Positions 30,658-34,949 of a stretch of 34,949 bases of DNA are shown in pieces. The DNA lies in NCBI GenBank assembly GCA_964640365.1, contig CAZXHO010000001.1, positions 1-34,949 on the forward strand. The letters run 5' to 3'. The position numbers were made by a program, and so were the translations under genes. Within the stretch, counting starts at the first letter, position 1. Each line of letters begins with the position of its first letter. The DNA is from an uncultured Sangeribacter sp. Its GTDB lineage: Bacteria; Bacteroidota; Bacteroidia; Bacteroidales; Muribaculaceae. The notes below the pieces were generated by a model, which was given only the letters and a program-made list of their open reading frames with translations, was not told the DNA's origin and searched no databases.

Positions 30658-31167
30658 TTATTTCTTTATTAACCAATTAATTACTAACCATCCCCCGATA
30701 ATCTGAAGAATCATTCCGGGGATTCCTATTCTAAAGTCCTGAAGCGCAACAAAGAGATCACCTTTCAAGATCCATTCAGCACAAGTGCCTATAATCTGAT
30801 AGGTGAGAACCACCACGAGTAGCTGCCATAAAGCCGCAGCATGAAATTTATGTGCAAAATAACCTGCTGAAACGGCAAGAATAACAGATTTGATCATGAT
30901 TGCCGGAAGTCCTGCAGCGGCAGGCATACCGAAAAATAGAGAATTCACCAATGGAGAAGCTATAGCCGTGAGTAGTCCGACACGCCAACCATACTTATAA
31001 GCTGCCACCAGTGTGAAGAAGTATATAGGTAGCCATGTCACTCCACCTTGAGGAATCTGATGGAACAACTGGGGCATCACTACATTTCCTATAACGAAAA
31101 GTGTGGCAAACAGATAGGTTCTGACATTATTATAGCCAAGCGAATAAAGTTTCAAAGTATTTTGCAT
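30658..31167 (-). CDS. ECF transporter S-component-like membrane protein
   Basis: 169 aa, 5-6 hydrophobic segments; [39 protein letters not shown]. Confidence 0.7.
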   Translation of the reverse strand: MQNTLKLYSLGYNNVRTYLFATLFVIGNVVMPQLFHQIPQGGVTWLPIYFFTLVAAYKYGWRVGLLTAIASPLVNSLFFGMPAAAGLPAIMIKSVILAVSAGYFAHKFHAAALWQLLVVVLTYQIIGTCAEWILKGDLFVALQDFRIGIPGMILQIIGGWLVINWLIKK

Positions 31168-31179
31168 AATCTCATCTAT

Positions 31180-31596
31180 TTATTTTTTTAATTGAAGTTT
31201 CTCGATAAAATCTGCTATCAGGGGGAGACATTCCTCTGGGGTCAGACAATCGCCACATAAGGTTTCCACGGGACATACCCCATCACCTTTTCTATTGATG
31301 ATATGTGGAACCAAAGTGCCGTATGTCACTTTGACTCCCGCATCTTCGAAAAGTTTTAAAGCCGGTTCACTCACCACTTCTCCATACACTTTCCTGACAC
31401 CTCCGATTATCATAAGGGCTGCCGCACCTTTCCCTATCACTTTGTCAGCAGCCTCTGCTCCTTTCATAAAGGCAGGATCCTCATTAAGGAGCTTGAACAG
31501 ATCCGACACCCCTCTGCCGTCAAAAGTACGGATCTCACCGTTACGCATCACCAGTGAGTATGCCCCGGCAAAAAGAATTTCTTTCAGCTCCTCCAT
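31180..31596 (-). CDS. DUF1893 (TM1506-like) protein
   Basis: RGVSDL, ADKVIGKGAAAL, VVSEPA, IINR.GDGVCPVE; TGATG overlap with the upstream AKR gene. Confidence 0.85.
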   Translation of the reverse strand: MEELKEILFAGAYSLVMRNGEIRTFDGRGVSDLFKLLNEDPAFMKGAEAADKVIGKGAAALMIIGGVRKVYGEVVSEPALKLFEDAGVKVTYGTLVPHIINRKGDGVCPVETLCGDCLTPEECLPLIADFIEKLQLKK

Positions 31597-33029
31597 CAGA
31601 CAGTGTTCTGTTTAAGTTCTTCAACATATTTGTCGATTCTCTGAAGCTGCTTGGGTATCTTAATGTTCTGCGGACAATGGGGACCGCACTGATTACAGCC
31701 TATACAGTGGCTTGCCTGACGAAGCTTGGGAACACTACGGTCATAACCCACAAGAAATGCCTTGCGTGCCTCACGATAGTTGTCCGCCTGACTGCTTTCT
31801 GCCACTTGGCCTTGATTCACACACTTATTATAGTGTGCAAAAATAGCAGGTATATCGATACCATAAGGACATGGCATACAATATTTACAGTCCGTACAAG
31901 GAACCGTGGGATATTGCACAATCACGCTTGCCGTATCATGCAGATAATTTATCTCATCTTCAGAAAGGGGTTTGAGAGGACAATAAGATCTCAGATTGTC
32001 CTGAAGATGTTCCATATAGGTCATGCCGCTCAACACAGTAAGCACTTCGGGATAAGTTCCGGCGAAACGGAAAGCCCATGAAGCTACACTACGGTCGGGT
32101 TCCTTCTGTTTAAGGCGAGCCACAACGTGGTCAGGGACATTCGACAAGCGGCCGACGAGCAACGGCTCCATGATTACCACAGGAATATTCCTTTTCTCAA
32201 GCTCTCCATAGAGATATGCCGCGTCTGTGTTCGACGGATGTATCTCTTTAGCATGTTGCCAGTCGAGATAATTCATCTGAATCTGCACAAAATCCCATTT
32301 ATACTTATCATGGTTTGCAAGCAGATAATCGAAAACGGCAACATCGCCGTGATATGAGAAACCGAGATTACGGATCCTGCCGGCTTCCCTTTCCTTCATG
32401 AGATAGTCAAGAAGTCCGTTATCAATAAATCTCTCGTTGAGGGTATTGATCCCATCTCCTCCACCCACTGAATGAAGAAGATAATAGTCGATATAATCAG
32501 TCTGAAGTTTCTTGAGGGAATCGTGATAGAGTTTTACGGAAGAATCAAAAGTCTCTTTAGGTGAGAGATCCTTCCCCGCCACACTGAAATTAGACATTTT
32601 GGTGGCGATATAATAGGAATCACGCGGATGACGCTTTAGAGCTATGCCGGTTGCTTCTTCTGATTTACCACGGCAATATACAGGCGCGGTGTCGAAATAG
32701 TTAACACCATGCTCAATGGCATAGTCTACCAATTTATTGACCATCTCTTGGTCGATAATGTCATTTCCACCTTCCGGATCAGGCATGGTGGGCCAACGCA
32801 TACATCCGTAGCCGAGTATTGACACCTTGTCGCCGGTGTTGTGGTTGGTGCGGTATGTCATTTGATCCGTAGGTATTTCTCCCAACTCAGAGCCGGTTGC
32901 CATAGTTGAGGATTTACCTGAGCCACAGCTTGCCAAAGAAAGAGTAGAAACTGCGGCAGTACCCATACCGAGACGCTTGAGAAATTCTCTTCTGTCGATC
33001 TCCTTACTGTTTAAAATATTCTTTTTCAT
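31596..33029 (-). CDS. Aldo/keto reductase with Tat lipoprotein signal and C-terminal 2x[4Fe-4S] domain
   Basis: DRREFLK..LASC; VSILGYGCMR, FDTAPVY, IATK, DYYLLH (D/Y/K/H tetrad); CTDCKYCMPCP and CIGCNQCGPHCP. Start set at ATG 33029. Confidence 0.92.
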   Translation of the reverse strand: MKKNILNSKEIDRREFLKRLGMGTAAVSTLSLASCGSGKSSTMATGSELGEIPTDQMTYRTNHNTGDKVSILGYGCMRWPTMPDPEGGNDIIDQEMVNKLVDYAIEHGVNYFDTAPVYCRGKSEEATGIALKRHPRDSYYIATKMSNFSVAGKDLSPKETFDSSVKLYHDSLKKLQTDYIDYYLLHSVGGGDGINTLNERFIDNGLLDYLMKEREAGRIRNLGFSYHGDVAVFDYLLANHDKYKWDFVQIQMNYLDWQHAKEIHPSNTDAAYLYGELEKRNIPVVIMEPLLVGRLSNVPDHVVARLKQKEPDRSVASWAFRFAGTYPEVLTVLSGMTYMEHLQDNLRSYCPLKPLSEDEINYLHDTASVIVQYPTVPCTDCKYCMPCPYGIDIPAIFAHYNKCVNQGQVAESSQADNYREARKAFLVGYDRSVPKLRQASHCIGCNQCGPHCPQNIKIPKQLQRIDKYVEELKQNTV

Positions 33030-33042
33030 TGACTGTTGTAGC

Positions 33043-34548
33043 TTAGATAGTTCTATGATTCTCATGACCCTCGACATAGATTGCACTGAATGGACGCGAC
33101 GGACAAAGATTCTCACATGCGCCACATCCTATGCAACGCTCGATATTAACTGCAGGAATCTTGACAGACTCTTCATTATCGGGATCAGACGGAATCATCT
33201 GTATCGCACCCACGGGGCAATGGCGGGCACAGTTACCACATTCAACTCCATCGGTCAGAGGAACACAATTCTCTTTAACCCAAACTGCGTGTCCAACTTG
33301 TATTGAAGATTTATCAGCCACTGTGATGGGAATTATAGCACCGGCAGGACATACATCCGAACATGTCGTACACTCCGGACGGCAGTAACCGCGTTCATAC
33401 GAACTCTCGGGCTGCATAAGTCTTTCGAGGTCAGCCGATGGACGCAGAACGCCATTGGGACAAGATGCCACACAAAGCTGACAAGCCGTGCAATGAGATG
33501 TAAGATTGCGCAAACTCTGAGCTCCTGCAGGAACAATCGGAGTCTTTCGCACCGGAGCTTTCTTATCAATGATTTCAGCAAGACCTCCGTCAACTTTCTC
33601 CTGTGCCTTCATCGCAGCCGCTCCACCCGCAAGGGCTGTTATGGTGAGGAACTGACGCCGACCGTTATCTACTGTCGCAGCCTGTTTTTCATCTATCTGC
33701 CCAATCATATCCTGCTGTTTTCTACGCAAAGAATACGAAATTGCCTGGCGGCTGCACTTCCCTATACAATCCATACAGTCCACGCAACGTGAATAGTCGA
33801 TTGTATGATTCTTGCTGTCAATACACGCTGCCTTACAGTTTCTCGCACAGAGACCGCAACCATTACACTTGGCTGTATCGATCATCGGGCGGAATAGAGA
33901 ATATTTCGAGAAAAGACCCAGAACAGTGCCCACCGGGCAGATGGTATTACAATAGGTTCTTCCGTTTCTCCATGCAAGGAAACCAAGTACCACCAGAGTG
34001 ACACCGGCAACAATTATAGTCACTGCGCCACGCAGCCACACATCTACCGTATAAAAGGCATAACTGTCACGGCGTTCAGCCCAATAAGCAAGGAGATTAT
34101 TCCCCCATGCCCATATCGGGGCAAGGAACGACTGTGCTATTCTTCCATATGCACTGTAAGGAGCAAAGAGTGCTATAAACGAACCGATTCCCAAAACAAA
34201 AGCCACGATCATAAGCACTACCATAAGCCAACGGAGAACGGTCTTAGCCGGGGAATAGGTATATCGGTTTTTCTTACTTTTCTTGCCAAACCATGCAAAT
34301 ATATCTTGCATCACTCCCAAAGGGCAGATTACAGAGCAATAAACCCTGCCGAATAATAAGGTAAGTAGAATAAGACCCAGCACAACGGCCACATTCATTG
34401 CCAGAAGCGCCGGAAGAAACTGAATTTTTGCCATCCAACCAAGCCAAGCGTGGACTGTGCCGGTAAAATCCAGAAACAGCAAAGTTATGGAAAGAAAGAA
34501 TATAGCTGCAAGTGCGATTCTCACATTCCGCAAGACAGATGATTTCAT
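33043..34548 (-). CDS. Membrane polyferredoxin (NapH-like TM part plus NapF/MauM-like multi-[4Fe-4S] part) with internal twin-arginine motif
   Basis: FGRVYCSVICPLG and GRTYCNTICPVG; several CxxCxxCxxxC(P) motifs; internal GRRQFL. Start set at ATG 34548. Confidence 0.9.
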   Translation of the reverse strand: MKSSVLRNVRIALAAIFFLSITLLFLDFTGTVHAWLGWMAKIQFLPALLAMNVAVVLGLILLTLLFGRVYCSVICPLGVMQDIFAWFGKKSKKNRYTYSPAKTVLRWLMVVLMIVAFVLGIGSFIALFAPYSAYGRIAQSFLAPIWAWGNNLLAYWAERRDSYAFYTVDVWLRGAVTIIVAGVTLVVLGFLAWRNGRTYCNTICPVGTVLGLFSKYSLFRPMIDTAKCNGCGLCARNCKAACIDSKNHTIDYSRCVDCMDCIGKCSRQAISYSLRRKQQDMIGQIDEKQAATVDNGRRQFLTITALAGGAAAMKAQEKVDGGLAEIIDKKAPVRKTPIVPAGAQSLRNLTSHCTACQLCVASCPNGVLRPSADLERLMQPESSYERGYCRPECTTCSDVCPAGAIIPITVADKSSIQVGHAVWVKENCVPLTDGVECGNCARHCPVGAIQMIPSDPDNEESVKIPAVNIERCIGCGACENLCPSRPFSAIYVEGHENHRTI

Positions 34549-34650
34549 AATGAAAGAAAAATATAAAAAATCATGATGAAAGGTGATGCAATCACTCCAA
34601 CTCAAATGCTGGACTACGTTAAATGATAAACGTAAGGCATATATTATAAA

Positions 34651-34687
34651 TTATATCAATTTTACCTTTTCTTATACCAATATTACC
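34651..34687 (-). promoter_or_regulatory. Tandem 16-bp direct repeat (21-bp period) upstream of the redox/Tat operon
   Basis: GGTAATATTGGTATAA and GGTAAAATTGATATAA (14/16 identical); a -7-like TACGTTTA follows 16 nt later. Confidence 0.6.
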
Positions 34688-34949
34688 GTTAAAAAATATG
34701 TAGTTTTTCAAATTTAGCCTTCGTCTCATAAAAAAGCAGTTTGCTGATACCCGTAGCCTTAAGTTAACAAATAATAATATTTCTCAATACCTCCTCCGAT
34801 TTCACAAGCACTACCTCTTATTGAGCATGGGTAAAAAAACGGCAATACCGACATAAAATGTTTTTATTGGTGTATTTTTGAGTAATTATGGTGGTATACT
34901 TCAAAAACTGTTTTAACAAGACATGTCGTTTTTGTATTTTTGCTTATCA

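Noticed and set aside
33030-33125. N-terminal extension of the AKR ORF
   Set aside because: It overlaps the polyferredoxin gene; the Tat signal fits a start at 33029.
34549-34605. N-terminal extension of the polyferredoxin ORF
   Set aside because: Non-ATG start in leader-like sequence; ATG 34548 directly precedes the first TM helix.

Overview
Bacteroidales-type chromosomal window (SusC/SusD genes and TAnnTTTG promoters; family not determinable). It holds five modules. (1) 1-12400 is a polysaccharide utilisation locus (PUL): a ricin-B/GH2 beta-galactosidase (runs off the left edge) and a GH29 fucosidase, divergent from susC-susD-DUF1735/F5-8 lipoprotein. It is followed by an atypical membrane-spanning regulator (Kelch-like sensor, TM helix, SARP-like wHTH/BTAD). 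Both divergent PUL promoters share an identically spaced 46-bp repeat architecture. (2) 13455-18768 is a TPR/TM/HTH regulator, a GLPGLI protein and an outer-membrane barrel split by a 1-bp frameshift. (3) A GH43 gene and a MacAB-TolC-like exporter with a consensus promoter and a perfect palindromic operator. (4) A secreted DUF362 protein and a second GH43. (5) 29650-34548 is a tightly coupled operon: membrane polyferredoxin with an internal twin-arginine motif, Tat-lipoprotein aldo/keto reductase with 2x[4Fe-4S], DUF1893, solitary ECF S-component, tatA and tatC. No rRNA, tRNA, CRISPR array or mobile element was recognised. All family calls come from motif recognition by eye, not database searches.
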